Shown piece by piece: positions 1-10,923 of a stretch of DNA of 64,000 nt. This DNA comes from Macrostomum hystrix (taxonomy: Eukaryota; Animalia; Platyhelminthes), in the NCBI GenBank assembly GCA_950097015.1, contig CATNEN010000002.1, forward strand, positions 8,866,001 through 8,930,000, read 5' to 3'. Position 1 is the stretch's first letter. Each line of letters begins with the position of its first letter. Position numbers and translations under genes: made by a program. Below the pieces are notes generated by a model, which was not told where the DNA came from, did not search any database, and saw only the letters and a list, made by a program, of their open reading frames with translations.

Positions 1-299
1 ATCTTCAATCACTACTGGCTGAAAATTAGTCTAAATGATTTGACGCAGTGCAGAATCGAACCCTAGCCTAGCCTATAACCTATTCCTAGTGCCTACACAT
101 CGGCTATTCCGACTGTTGGTTAGTGGGTGCAAAAATCAGCCTTATAAAATGAATTCTCAAAGTTCTGGCTTTGTACAATGAAGTAAGAAAATAGAGTACA
201 CTCAGTCTCGCGGTTGGTTGTGTACATTTATTTCCAATTTGTCTCCAGAGTGCAGGCTTCAAATTCAATCAGCTAGGGGTTGTTGCGCAATTTGACGAC

Positions 300-555
300 G
301 CAATTCTAATTCAGTGGCTGTCAGTGAAATTCTCAATAGGCCAAGATGGTTTGACCTTTGAAAAAATCATGTTTTTCGAATATTTAATCCCTTTAGCAAT
401 AAAGTTAAGCTTAATAAAAATACGTGTATAATTGTCCCCATATTTAGCATCTTTTGGTGAAGAAATGGTGAAAATCGGTTGAGCCGTTCGGGAGAAAATC
501 AATTACAAGCAACCAACCAACCAACCAAGCATTTCATTTTTAGTATAGTGGATTG
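300..555 (+). mobile_element. Possible 3' end of a non-autonomous Helitron/HINE-like element
   Basis: Motif order gtgaaaatcggttgagccgttcgggagaaaatc, (AACC)4 at 511-526, then tttcatttttagtatagtggat resembles the 3' architecture of Lep1/DINE-like rolling-circle elements. This is pattern recognition only. Confidence 0.3.
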
Positions 556-599
556 ATGGTCATCGACAAAAAATTGTCATAAAAATCATACATGATTAT

Positions 600-752
600 C
601 TATGGTCATGAGAAATGATCATTGACGGTCATTGATCATGGATGGTCATTATCCATTACAAATGATCATGGATGGTCATTATCCATCAGAAATAATTATG
701 GATGGTCATTATCCATCAGAAATAATTATGGATGGTCATTATCCATCAGAAA
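600..752. repeat. 30-bp minisatellite, ~5 units, in intron just past the donor at 760
   Basis: Unit catggatggtcattatccatcagaaataat. Confidence 0.85.
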
Positions 753-760
753 TGACGCAC

Positions 761-3006
761 CTCAGCCAGCAGGTCGGTGGCCTGTTTCTCTCGCTGTCTG
801 GCAGCTTCCAGTTCTTGGATTGTCGACAGCAGCTGGGCGTCGAGCACGTCAGCAGCGCCACGGCAGGCCTGCAGCTCCTCCACCAGCCGCTGCCGCTCAG
901 CCGCGTGCAGCTCTAGCGACTGGCGGGCCGCATTCGCCTGATCCCCGGCTGCGTCGGCGTCTCGCGTCGCCTCCTCAAGGCGGCGCAGCAGCCGCTGTCG
1001 TTCGTCTTCAGCATCGACAAGGCGGGCCGCCTGCGCCTGGCGCCAGTCCTCCTGACGCCGCAGCTCCGCGCGCAGCCGATTGGCGTCCGACTCGGCGTCG
1101 GCAGCGCGAGATTCGGCGGTCGTGAGCCGCTCGGTGAGCTCGACCAGCTCGGCGCGCAGTCGCTCGGTGGCGCTCTCTGCAGCGGAGCTCCGAGCCGCCT
1201 GCTCCAGCCGCATCGTGGCCAACTCGCTCTCCAGCTGGGCGGTCCTGAACAATGGGGGCGGATTGGCAGGGGCAGATGAGTCAAGAATACAGGCGGGTTC
1301 ATGGACTGAATTGTGGATAGGGGCGGATTTGACAGCTCCAGTGGTGAATGGGGGCGGATTTGGCAGCTCCAGTGGTGAATGGGGGCGGATTTGGCAGCCC
1401 CAGTGATGAATGGGGGCGGATTTGGCAGCTCCAGCGGTGAATAGGGGCGGACTTGGCAGCTCCTGTGATAAATGGGGGCGGATTTGACGGCTGCAGTGGT
1501 GAATGGGGGCGGATTTGACAGCTGCAGTGGTGAATGGGGGCGGATTTGGCAGCTCCAGTGGTGAATGGGGGCGGATTTGGCAGCCCCAGTGATGAATGGG
1601 GGCGGATTTGGCAGCTCCAGCGGTGAATAGGGGCGGACTTGGCAGCTCCTGTGATAAATGGGGGCGGATTTGACGGCTGCAGTGGTGAATGGGGGCGGAT
1701 TTGACAGCTGCAGTGGTGAATGGGGGCGGATTTGACAGCTGCAGTGGTGAATGGGGGCGGATTCGGCAGCTACAGTGGGGCGGATCTGCGGGTCGCAGAG
1801 GCACCTGAAGACGCACCTGGCTGACACGACAACGCCCTGAAGCTCCTCGTCCAGCTCGGCCACAAAGTCGTCAGCCGGGGCCGCCCGGAACAGGAACGGC
1901 GTGCTGGCGCCCTTCACGAGGCCGCCAGGAGCTGCGAAGCAGAACTGGTAGAAGTCGCGGGTGTCCTTCGGCAGCTGGCCCGGGCTGAACACGGCGGCCA
2001 GCACCCGCTCGGACTCGCGCCGACACTCGGCCCGGCAGACGCAGTCGGTCTCGGCGTTGGCCCAGCCGACCTTGAAGAGGCCCACCCAGCAGCCCTTCGA
2101 CAGGTCCGCGGGGTCGCTCACCTGCGGAATAACCAGGTCCAGGTGTCATGGTAAATCCTGAGCCTGCTGAACTTTACCTGAAGCATTTTAGCAATCCTGA
2201 GCCTGCCTGAACTCTACCTGAAGGGTTCTAGGAATCCTGAGCCTGCTGAACTCTACCTGAAGGGTTCTAGCAATCCTGAGCCTGCCTGAACTCTACCTGA
2301 AGGGTTCTAACAATCCTGAGCCTGCTGAACTCTACCTGAAGGGTTCTAGCAATCCTGAGCCTGCTGAACTCTACCTGAAGGGTTCTAGCAATCCTGAGCC
2401 TGCCTGAACTCTACCTGAAGGGTTCAAGCAATCCTGAGCCTGCTGAACTCTACCTGAAGGGTTCTAGCAATCCTGAGCCTGCCTGAACTCTACCTGAAGG
2501 GTTCTAGCAATCCTGAGCCTGCCTGAACTCTACCTGAAGGGTTCTAGCAATCCTGAGCCTGCTGGACTCTACCTGAAGGGTTCTAGCAATCCTGAGCCTG
2601 CTGAACTCTACCTGAAGGGTTCTAGCAATCCTGAGCCTGCTGAACTCTACCTGAAGGGTTCTAGCAATCCTGAGCCTGCCTGAACTCTACCTGAAGGGTT
2701 CTAGCAATCCTGAGCCTGCTGAACTCTACCTGAAGAATAATTACGAACCTGACTGAGCCCCTAAACTCTCTAGAGTATGTTAGCAGGGCAAATCAAAAGC
2801 AACAAGTGCAGCCATAAACTCACCTGGCAGCGGCACTGAATATGAGCTCCAATCGGATAATTGGATAGCACGGATGTAAACACAGCGTCTGTGACCGACA
2901 TACTCATGGCAGCCTCAATGTCCGCCATGCTCAGCTTTTCCAAATCGTCCTCGCTGCCGCTGGGCCTTTCGGCAATTTGTAGGCGTCGCTTGGGCTGGGC
3001 AGCCAT
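761..3006 (-). CDS. TAX1BP1: SKICH-domain coiled-coil autophagy receptor, TAX1BP1/CALCOCO-like (3' partial; exons 2824..3006, 1817..2121, 761..1244)
   Basis: Spliced translation gives AVFTSVLSNYPIGAHIQCRCQ|VSDPADLSKGCWVGLFKVGW...LPKDTRDFYQFCFAAPGGLVKGASTPFLFRA (SKICH motifs WVGIFKVGW, FYQFCY, GASTPFQF), followed by a coiled-coil exon. Canonical GT/AG sites with consistent phases; a donor at 760 shows the gene continues leftwards. Confidence 0.8.
1250..1785. repeat. 31-bp intronic minisatellite with a 186-bp higher-order repeat
   Basis: Unit gggggcggatttggcagctccagtggtgaat; a 62-codon periodicity appears in the overlapping ORFs. Confidence 0.9.
2155..2735. repeat. 39-40-bp intronic minisatellite
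   Basis: Unit atcctgagcctg(c)ctgaactctacctgaagggttctagca. Confidence 0.95.
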
Positions 3007-4079
3007 TGTGGATGCGCTAATTTCTTATTTTTTAATTGTTAGAAAATACTTGTTCAATTACCGTTGCTGGGCAGGCGTTTGGCTATCTTCTTTCTGTCTG
3101 TTTTCAGGTATTTTAGTTGACGACTGCAAACTGAAGGCAGGGAGGGTGTAGGGTTAGGAAAGGCAGCCATACATTTTTATAAACCCAACGCGCGGGGTAG
3201 AAAGACAGCCTCAATGCTAAAAATAGCACTCACGCAATTCTCGTCCAGTGTGCTATTTTTAGCAATAGCAGCGTACAGAGAATGTACGCATCGGAGGGGG
3301 AACGTTGTAACAACGTTTTTTCTATGCCAAACAGCTTTGAGCCCCAACCCCCGTTGCCAATGCCACGCACTGACTCAATGCTCCGGCTCACTGACATGGA
3401 AGCTACATGGGTGCTGGGCCCATGGTGTATCGCTGAAAGAGAATGATAACAAACTGCTGCAGGTGAATGCAACATTGCGCTTACCTATGTATTTCCTATT
3501 TACAAGTTTGTGGCGAGTAATTATAAAGTTATTACTTTACTTAGCATTTAGCAACCGGTCAAAAGAAGGATTTATTGAGTAGGAATCTTAGCTCTACATT
3601 AGCTAGACCGGCACAATGGCTTCTATTGGTAGTTGTACGGAAAACTGATCAGATAATTCAGATTTAAGAATCACTTCAATACTGGGCTCAAGACAAATTA
3701 TAATTAAGCAGCAATATTTGCGAAACCTACTACTGAGTCAAACAACTTAAGTAACAATATGAGCAAATCCAGCAAACATCTTTGAGCATGGAAGAAAGAC
3801 TCATTAAGAAATCAAAATTCATGATCAATGCTTAACTCTTACTGTCTCACGACAATGTAACTAACTTGACTATTCGAGGTATTACTTCGATATGTTTAGA
3901 AAAAAACCTTAACTATTTCATTACTGTGCACGCGACATGATGGCATAAAAATATTTAACAGACGCGACAATAAAGCTAATCCAAAAGCAAATTAAAATTA
4001 ACAAATTGAATCTACAATCACCAAACTCAGTCTAGATTCTAGAAACTCATGACAAACCAACTCAAGATCATAGTTAGTC

Positions 4080-4830
4080 TAGAAATGACCAGATGAGTAT
4101 GGAATGACCAGATTCAGTCTAGAATGGCCAGATTCTGTCCAGAATGACCAGATTCAGTCTAGAATGACCAGATTCTGTGCAGAATGGCCTGATTCTGTCC
4201 AGAATGACCAGATTCTGTCCAGAATGGCCAGATTCTGTCCAGAATGACCAGATTCTGTCTAGAATGACCAGATTCAGTCCAGAATGGCCAGATTCTGTCC
4301 AGAATGGCCAGATTCTGTCCAGAATGACCAGATTCTGTCCAGAATGGCCAGATTCTGTCCAGAATGACCAGATTCTGTGCAGAATGACCAGATTCTGTCC
4401 AGAATGGCCAGATTCTGTCCAGAATGACCAGATTCTGTCCAGAATGGCCAGATTCTGTCCAGAATGACCAGATTCTGTGCAGAATGACCAGATTCTGTGC
4501 AGAATGACCAGATTCTGTGCAGAATGACCAGATTCTGTCCAGAATGGCCAGATTCTGTCCAGAATGACCAGATTCTGTGCAGAATGACCAGATTCTGTCC
4601 AGAATGGCCAGATTCTGTCTAGAATGACTAGATTCAGTCTAGATTGACCAGATTCAGTCCAGAATGACCAAATTCTATCTAGAATGCCCAGATTCCGTCT
4701 AGAATGACTAGATTCTATCTAGAATGCCCAGATTCCGTCTAGAATGACTAGATTCTATCTAGAATGACCAGATTTAGTCCAGAATGACCAGATCCAGTCC
4801 AGAATAATCAGAATCAGTCCAGAACGACCA
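4080..4830. repeat. 20-bp minisatellite
   Basis: Unit agaatgaccagattctgtcc. Confidence 0.95.
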
Positions 4831-4861
4831 GATCGGTCTAGAATGAGCAGATTCCATCCGA

Positions 4862-5355
4862 GAGGTCATAAGCATAGAATCGGTCATATGCATAGAATCG
4901 GTCATATACATAGAATCGGTCATATACATAGAATCGGTCATATGCATAGAATCGGTCATAAGCATAGAATCGGTCATATGCATAGAATCGGTCATATGCA
5001 TAGAATCGGTCATATGCAAAGAATCGGTCATATGCATAGAATCGGTCATATACATAGAATCGGTCATATGCAAAGAATCGGTCATATGCATAGAATCGGT
5101 CATATACATAGAATCGGTCATTTGCAAAGAATCGGTCATATGCATAGAATCGGTCATATGCATAGAATCGGTCATATGCAAAGAATCGGTCATATGCATA
5201 GAATCGGTCATATACATAGAATCGGTCATTTGCAAAGAATCGGTCATATGCATAGAATCGGTCATATGCAAAGAATCGGTCATATGCAAAGAATCGGTTA
5301 TATGCATAGAATCGGTCATATGCAAAGAATCGGTCATATGCATAGAATCGGTCAT
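4862..5355. repeat. 18-bp minisatellite abutting the WDR24 stop codon
   Basis: Unit catagaatcggtcatatg. Confidence 0.95.
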
Positions 5356-5362
5356 AGGCAGC

Positions 5363-8300
5363 TCAGATGCCGAATTCAACGCTGGCGCCGCACTCAGGGC
5401 AGACATTGTTCCTGGAGTACCAGTCCATGAGGTGATCGAAGTGTCCGCCATGCTGGCAGGCCCTGGACCACAGGTAGAGACCGCGCACAGTTCGGTGGCA
5501 GATGACGCACAGCAGCGGCCGCTGCTTGCAGAGGCTCCTGGCGCAGGTGAAGCCCTGCTTGCTGGGGTAGTTGCAGGCGGCGCAGATCAGGCTGATAGAT
5601 GTGCTCTGCTGGTTGAGCATGGACACATTGGGCAGGAAGCCGCAGGCACCAATAAGAGCGGCACTCTCCACGAACAGCTGGTGCGAGTGCAGCAGGTCGA
5701 TGTAGCTCAGCAGCCAGTTCTCCGCAACCGATTCGTCCAGGCGATCGCGCAGCCGCTCGCCAAGCAGCACGCAGGCGGTGGCCACCGTCTGGACGTGGCC
5801 GCAGTTAACGAGCTCGTACATGGCGTCAGTCAGCATGCCGGTGAGGTCGGTTTCCGGCTTCGCTGAGAACGGCGGCAGATCCGATGGAAGGAATTCCTGC
5901 TGCGGCGGAGGCTGCTGCTGCTGTTGCTGTTGTTGCTGTAGCTGCTGCTGCTGCTGAAGCTGCTGCCAACTGCCTGAACGGTGCTGCCGACGCTTGCGAG
6001 ACGGCTGCTGCTGCCAGGAAGCTTGGAAATTTAGCAAATGCTGCTGCTGCTGCTGCTGCTGTTGCTGAGCAAACGAACTCAACCCAGCGCTTGAGTCGGC
6101 ATAGTCCTCATCGGCGGTGGCCGGCTCGCCGTCGCTAAACAAATAGTCGTTCGGCTCCTTCGAGTCCGCGTCGCCGAAGCCGCCAGTCGAAGCCGCGTCG
6201 ACTTCGCCAACGTCCGTGTCGCCGCCCCCGGTGCCGCCGCCGCCGCCAACGCCAGCTTCCAGGTCGTCGTCTAGGGTGGCGCTGTCCGACTGCAGGCCGG
6301 CGTCGGTGAAGGCGAAGACACCGCCGCCTCGCCTGTCGATGTCATCGTCAGTGGTCGGCGGCACCAGCGCGAGGGAGTCAGACAGGCCAGTCGGAGCCGA
6401 GGCGGCGGACTGGGAGGCGCCGACTGCCACCGCCACATCGTCGGAGTTGTGATGAACAGCGGCGCTGCCAGGGTTCAGCAGATCCGCAGCTGACGCTTCG
6501 GCAGCGGCCGCGGCGGCGGCGGCTGCGGCAGCGGCTTCCTCCTCAACGCCGAAGGCACACAGCACAAGCTGCCAGAGGCAGGCGGCACTGTCTAGTCCCA
6601 GGCTGGCGGCTAAATGGAAATTGTGAGCGCAGGCCTCAGTGATGGAGGCGCCGGTCAGACGGTAGTGCCGTGCCAGCTGGACGAAGCTGTCCGCGCCCAG
6701 CGAAACCGACGGCGGCTGCTGAGCGGGGCCTCTGTACTCCACAAGGTTGTACTCGCCTGGGTGGAATGGCAGAGCATTCAAAACGTAAAAGTAAAATTGA
6801 GAATCGCAGCAGTGAAGTTGAGAATCGCAGCAGTGAAGTTGAGAATCGCAGCAGTGAAGTTGAGAATCGCAGCAGTGAAGTTGAGAATCGCAGCAGTGAA
6901 GTTGAGAATCGCAGCAGTGAAGTTGAGAATCGCAGCAGTGGAGTTGAGAATTGCAGCAGTGAAGTTGTGAAGCTTACCTGGCGCCGAGAATCGGTTCCAC
7001 TGCACGATGGTTGCGGTGGTGGCAGGGGCGGCATTTGCTGCGCTGCCCCGGTGCTTGGAGCCGCCAGCCGCAGCGCTGATGGCATTCGTCAGGCTGAAGT
7101 TGCGGCCCAAAGTTGGCTGCGACTGCGTCGTCGGCTGAGACGGTGCTGGCTGCGTTGGCTGCGGCTGCGTCGGCTGCAGCTGGAGTTGCAGATGCGGCAG
7201 GGCGTTGGGATCAGTCGGCAGCTTCTTGGTGCTCTGAGAGGCAGCCAGGGCGCCCTGACAGCTGACAGCCAGTGAGCAGGGATTCACCCAGTCGGCAGGC
7301 CGGTAGCCGTCATTGTAGTGATGCATGATCATGCGGCCGTCCTTGCCAACGGACAGCAGCCAGTCCGGGCCGACCCAGTCGAAGCCAGTGACCATGTCGC
7401 CAGTGTGTTCCTCGAAGATGCGGTCTGGCAGGTAGTGGCTGGCCAGATCCCACACGTAGATGTTTTTGTCGCAGGTCTTGGCCGTGGAGGCAATGAACAT
7501 GTCGCAGCCGGGTCGCCAGCGGATCTTTAGTACTGGCGAGATGCACTGGATGGTGTCAAGGTGGCGCACGGCAGTATAGTGGGTGCTGCTGAAGTCCAAG
7601 ATGCCGATGGTGTTCTGACGGTGGCAGCCGGTGGCCAGCCAGTTGAACTCGGGATTCGGATGCCAGCTACAGGTGATGACACTGTGCTGCGCGTGGAAAC
7701 TGCGCTCCGGCTTCTGAGTGTTGCGGATGTCCCACACCTGCAGCGGCGGTTATAGACAGGTATGGTTGAGTTACAGACTGGTATGGTTGAGTTACAGACT
7801 GGTATGGTTGAGTTACAGACTGGTATGGTTGAGTTACAGACTGGTATGGCTGAGTTACAGACTGGTATGGTTGAGTTACAGACTGGTATGGTTGAGTTAC
7901 AGACTGGTATGGTTGAGTTACAGACTGGTATGGTTGAGTTACAGACTGGTATGGTTGAGTTACAGACAGGTATAGTTAAGTTACTGGCCAACTAATCCAG
8001 TAACAGACAATGCTAATCCAGTTACAGAAAATGCTAATCCAGTTACAGACAATGCTAATCCAGTTACAGACAATGCTAATCCAGTTACAGACAATGCTAA
8101 TCCAGTTACAGACAATGCTAATCCAGTTACAGACAATGCTAATCCAGTTACAGACAGGGCTAATCCAGTTAAAGACAAGGCTAATCCAGTTACAGACAAT
8201 GCTAATCCAGTTACAGAGAATGCTAATCCAGTTACAGACAATGCTAATCCAGTTACAGACAATGCTAATCCAGTTACAGACAATGCTAATCCAGTTACAG

Positions 8301-9943
8301 ACAATGCTAATCCAGTTACAGGCAATACTAATCCAGTTACAGACAGGGCTAATCCAGTTAAAGACAAGGCTAATCCAGTTACACACAATGCTAATCCAGT
8401 TACAGAGAATGCTAATCCAGTTACAGGCAATACTAATCCAGTTACAGACAGGGCTAATCCAGTTACAGACAATGCTAATCCAGTTACAGACAATGCTAAT
8501 CCAGTTACAGGCAATACTAATCCAGTTACAGACAAGGCTAATCCAGTTACAGACAATGCTAATCCAGTTACAGGCAATACTAATCCAGTTACAGACAGGG
8601 CTAATCCAGTTAAAGACAAGGCTAATCCAGTTACACACAATGCTAATCCAGTTACAGAGAATGCTAATCCAGTTACAGGCAATACTAATCCAGTTACAGA
8701 CAGGGCTAATCCAGTTACAGACAATGCTAATCCAGTTACAGACAATGCTAATCCAGTTACAGGCAATACTAATCCAGTTACAGACAAGGCTAATCCAGTT
8801 ACAGACAATGCTAATCCAGTTACAGGCAATACTAATCCAGTTACAGACAGGGCTAATCCAGTTACAGACAATGCTAATCCAGTTACAGAGAATGCTAATC
8901 CAGGTACAGGCAATACTAATCCAGTTACAGACAGGGCTAATCCAGTTACAGACAATGCTAATCCAGTTACAGACAATGCTAATCCAGTTACAGACAGGGC
9001 TAATCCAGTTAAAGACAAGGCTAATCCAGTTACAGACAATGCTAATCCAGTTACAGAGAATGCTAATCCAGTTACAGACAATGCTAATCCAGTTACAGAC
9101 AATGCTAATCCAGTTACAGGCAATACTAATCCAGTAACAGACAGGGCTAATCCAGTTACAGACAATGCTAATCCAGGTACAGGCAATACTAATCCAGTTA
9201 CAGACAGGGCTAATCCAGTTACAGACAATGCTAATCCAGTTACAGACAATGCTAATCCAGTTACAGGCAATACTAATCCAGTTACAGACAAGGCTAATCC
9301 AGTTACAGACAATGCTAATCCAGTTACAGGCAATACTAATCCAGTTACAGCCGCCCACCTGAATGGTTCCTGACTCCTGCCCGGTGGCGAAGAGTTTGTC
9401 ATTGACGCGGGAGAAGTCGATGCAGCGGACGGCGTTGTCGCCGCCGGTGGTGAAGTTGACGCAGGTGACGGCCTCTGACTCCGGGGTACGCAGATCGTAG
9501 CAGAAGACGCTGCCATCGTTGGAGCTGCTGAGCAACAGGGGCATGCTGGGGTGGAATGCAACGCAGTTGACGGACCGGGTGTGGCGCAGAAACATGCGGT
9601 ATTCCTCTTTCTTGATGTCCAGCACGAACACCTTGTTGTTGGTGGAGCCCCAGGCCAGTTTGGTCTCGTCGCAGGGGCTCCAGACAATGTCGGCGATGGC
9701 CGTGTCCAGGCCGCTCAGGTTGCGCTTGGACTTGCGCTGGTAGTTGTTGGGCAGGATGTGCATGTCAGTGAGGTCGTAGCCGCCAGCCGGTCCATCGCTC
9801 TCCTCCAGTTTAAAGATTTTGAACACGGTGCGGCCAGCCACTGCCACCAGAGATTTGGACTGCTGCAGAGCCAGGTACAAATTGCAGGATGGCGTTGACC
9901 GATTGAACTGAAAGTCGTGCACCACCCGCGTGCTGCCCTTCAT
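5363..9943 (-). CDS. WDR24: GATOR2 complex subunit WDR24 (exons 9359..9943, 6978..7737, 5363..6756)
   Basis: N-terminal WD40 repeats (VAVAGRTVFKIF, FLRHTRSVNCVAFHP, GTIQ|VWDIRN, KIRWRPG, NIYVWDL), central WLLSYIDLLHSHQLF motif and C-terminal ZnF/RING (CVICHRTVRGLYLW..C.HGGHFDHLMDW..CP). Canonical splice sites in phases 0 and 1. Confidence 0.93.
5900..6065 (-). repeat. Coding CAG/CAA runs (polyglutamine) in WDR24 exon 3
   Basis: (ctg)n/(ttg)n on the + strand; Q10 and Q-rich tracts in the translation. Confidence 0.85.
6795..6965. repeat. 21-bp minisatellite filling WDR24 intron 2
   Basis: Unit agaatcgcagcagtgaagttg. Confidence 0.95.
7750..7975. repeat. 21-bp minisatellite at the 3' end of WDR24 intron 1
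   Basis: Unit ggtatggttgagttacagact. Confidence 0.95.
7985..9350. repeat. 21-bp minisatellite (~65 units) filling most of WDR24 intron 1
   Basis: Unit ctaatccagttacagacaatg, with recurring variant blocks. Confidence 0.97.
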
Positions 9944-10683
9944 TGCAGCGGCTGGGCCGTCTGCGATTGGCTGAAATTTCCAATATATGGAAGCAATAGA
10001 AATAAGTACAGATAAACTTTATGAGTAACTTTACTCAACATAATGACCCTAACAGGCTAATACCTAACTGATTCATATAACCTAACCAATTTCAATATTT
10101 TGATGTATAATAATTAATCATAAGCTCTAATACTTGTTTTTTTATTGTAGCCATCAGAAAAAGCTATGCTTGCTAGATAATATATTAGTCACTTTTAGAA
10201 ACACCCAGTAGACTAAACACATTCCATATTTTATAAACAATATGTGAAAAATCAAATAACAAGTCTTGTTTAAACTTTCAACTTATGGTGCCCAAGCTAT
10301 GGTAGAATTAAATACTGAAAAGTTTGTAAATACATAACTACTTACATAATATTTCACTGGCTGCCAGGGGCTAGCAGAATCACAACTAGACTAATTGTAG
10401 TCTCTAAAATGGCCCAGACTGACTGAACAATATTTTATATTCATTCATCATGCAGTTTACATTTCAGCATTCTACTATAAAATAATGTTTTTATGGATAA
10501 AAAAAACTTAACTTTATAAACAAGTAAATAGTTTATTATAACTAATTTTTTAAACTAAACATAAAGTAAGATTAACATCTCTCTAGGCCCCTCTAACACC
10601 CTCTATGTTCACATATAACTCACAATGCAGCCAATTATTTTTGCAGCCATTCCATCTTTTAAAATAAAAGGCCTTCTGTCTTT

Positions 10684-10923
10684 ATAGATAAAAATACAAA
10701 TGTCATAGTGTGGTGGCCGCTCTCTCCAGTGCCCTGCGTGGTGCTATGGCAGCCACCCCAACCTTAGGTTTTATGCTGGGCTGAGGCAGTGTGCATAGGA
10801 CTCAAGCTCGTGTACACGCAGTGGCCTATAAATCACTATCTTTTGGAATGCTGTGCACCTAACCTGTTCTCGGCCAAATAAAAAACATTATGTGGCTGTA
10901 ATTGCCACAATAGATAAAATACA
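10684..10923. mobile_element. Short (212 bp) insertion flanked by a 14-bp direct repeat, SINE/retro-like
   Basis: atagataaaataca at 10684..10697 and again at 10910..10923; the enclosed DNA is much more GC-rich than its AT-rich flanks. Confidence 0.5.

Noticed and set aside
40-100. B-box-like GGTTCGATTC on - suggesting a tRNA
   Set aside because: No cloverleaf and no convincing A box; at most a decayed SINE head.
3301-3317. AACGTTGT-A-ACAACGTT palindrome upstream of the TAX1BP1-like gene
   Set aside because: Short enough to arise by chance in 64 kb and does not match a motif I can name.
4177-5451. ORFs 4177..4467, 4774..5451 and 4843..5430 with periodic peptides
   Set aside because: Translations of 18- and 20-bp minisatellites; no splice or domain support.
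7981-9362. Long ORFs (VTGLALS)n and (MLIQLQT)n
   Set aside because: Alternative frames and antisense of the 21-bp intronic array.
10698-10800. GGTGGC...GCCACC stem considered as an HDV-like or hammerhead ribozyme
   Set aside because: No valid P3/L3, no GG for P1.1 after the P1 3' strand, and no CUGANGA/GAAA core.
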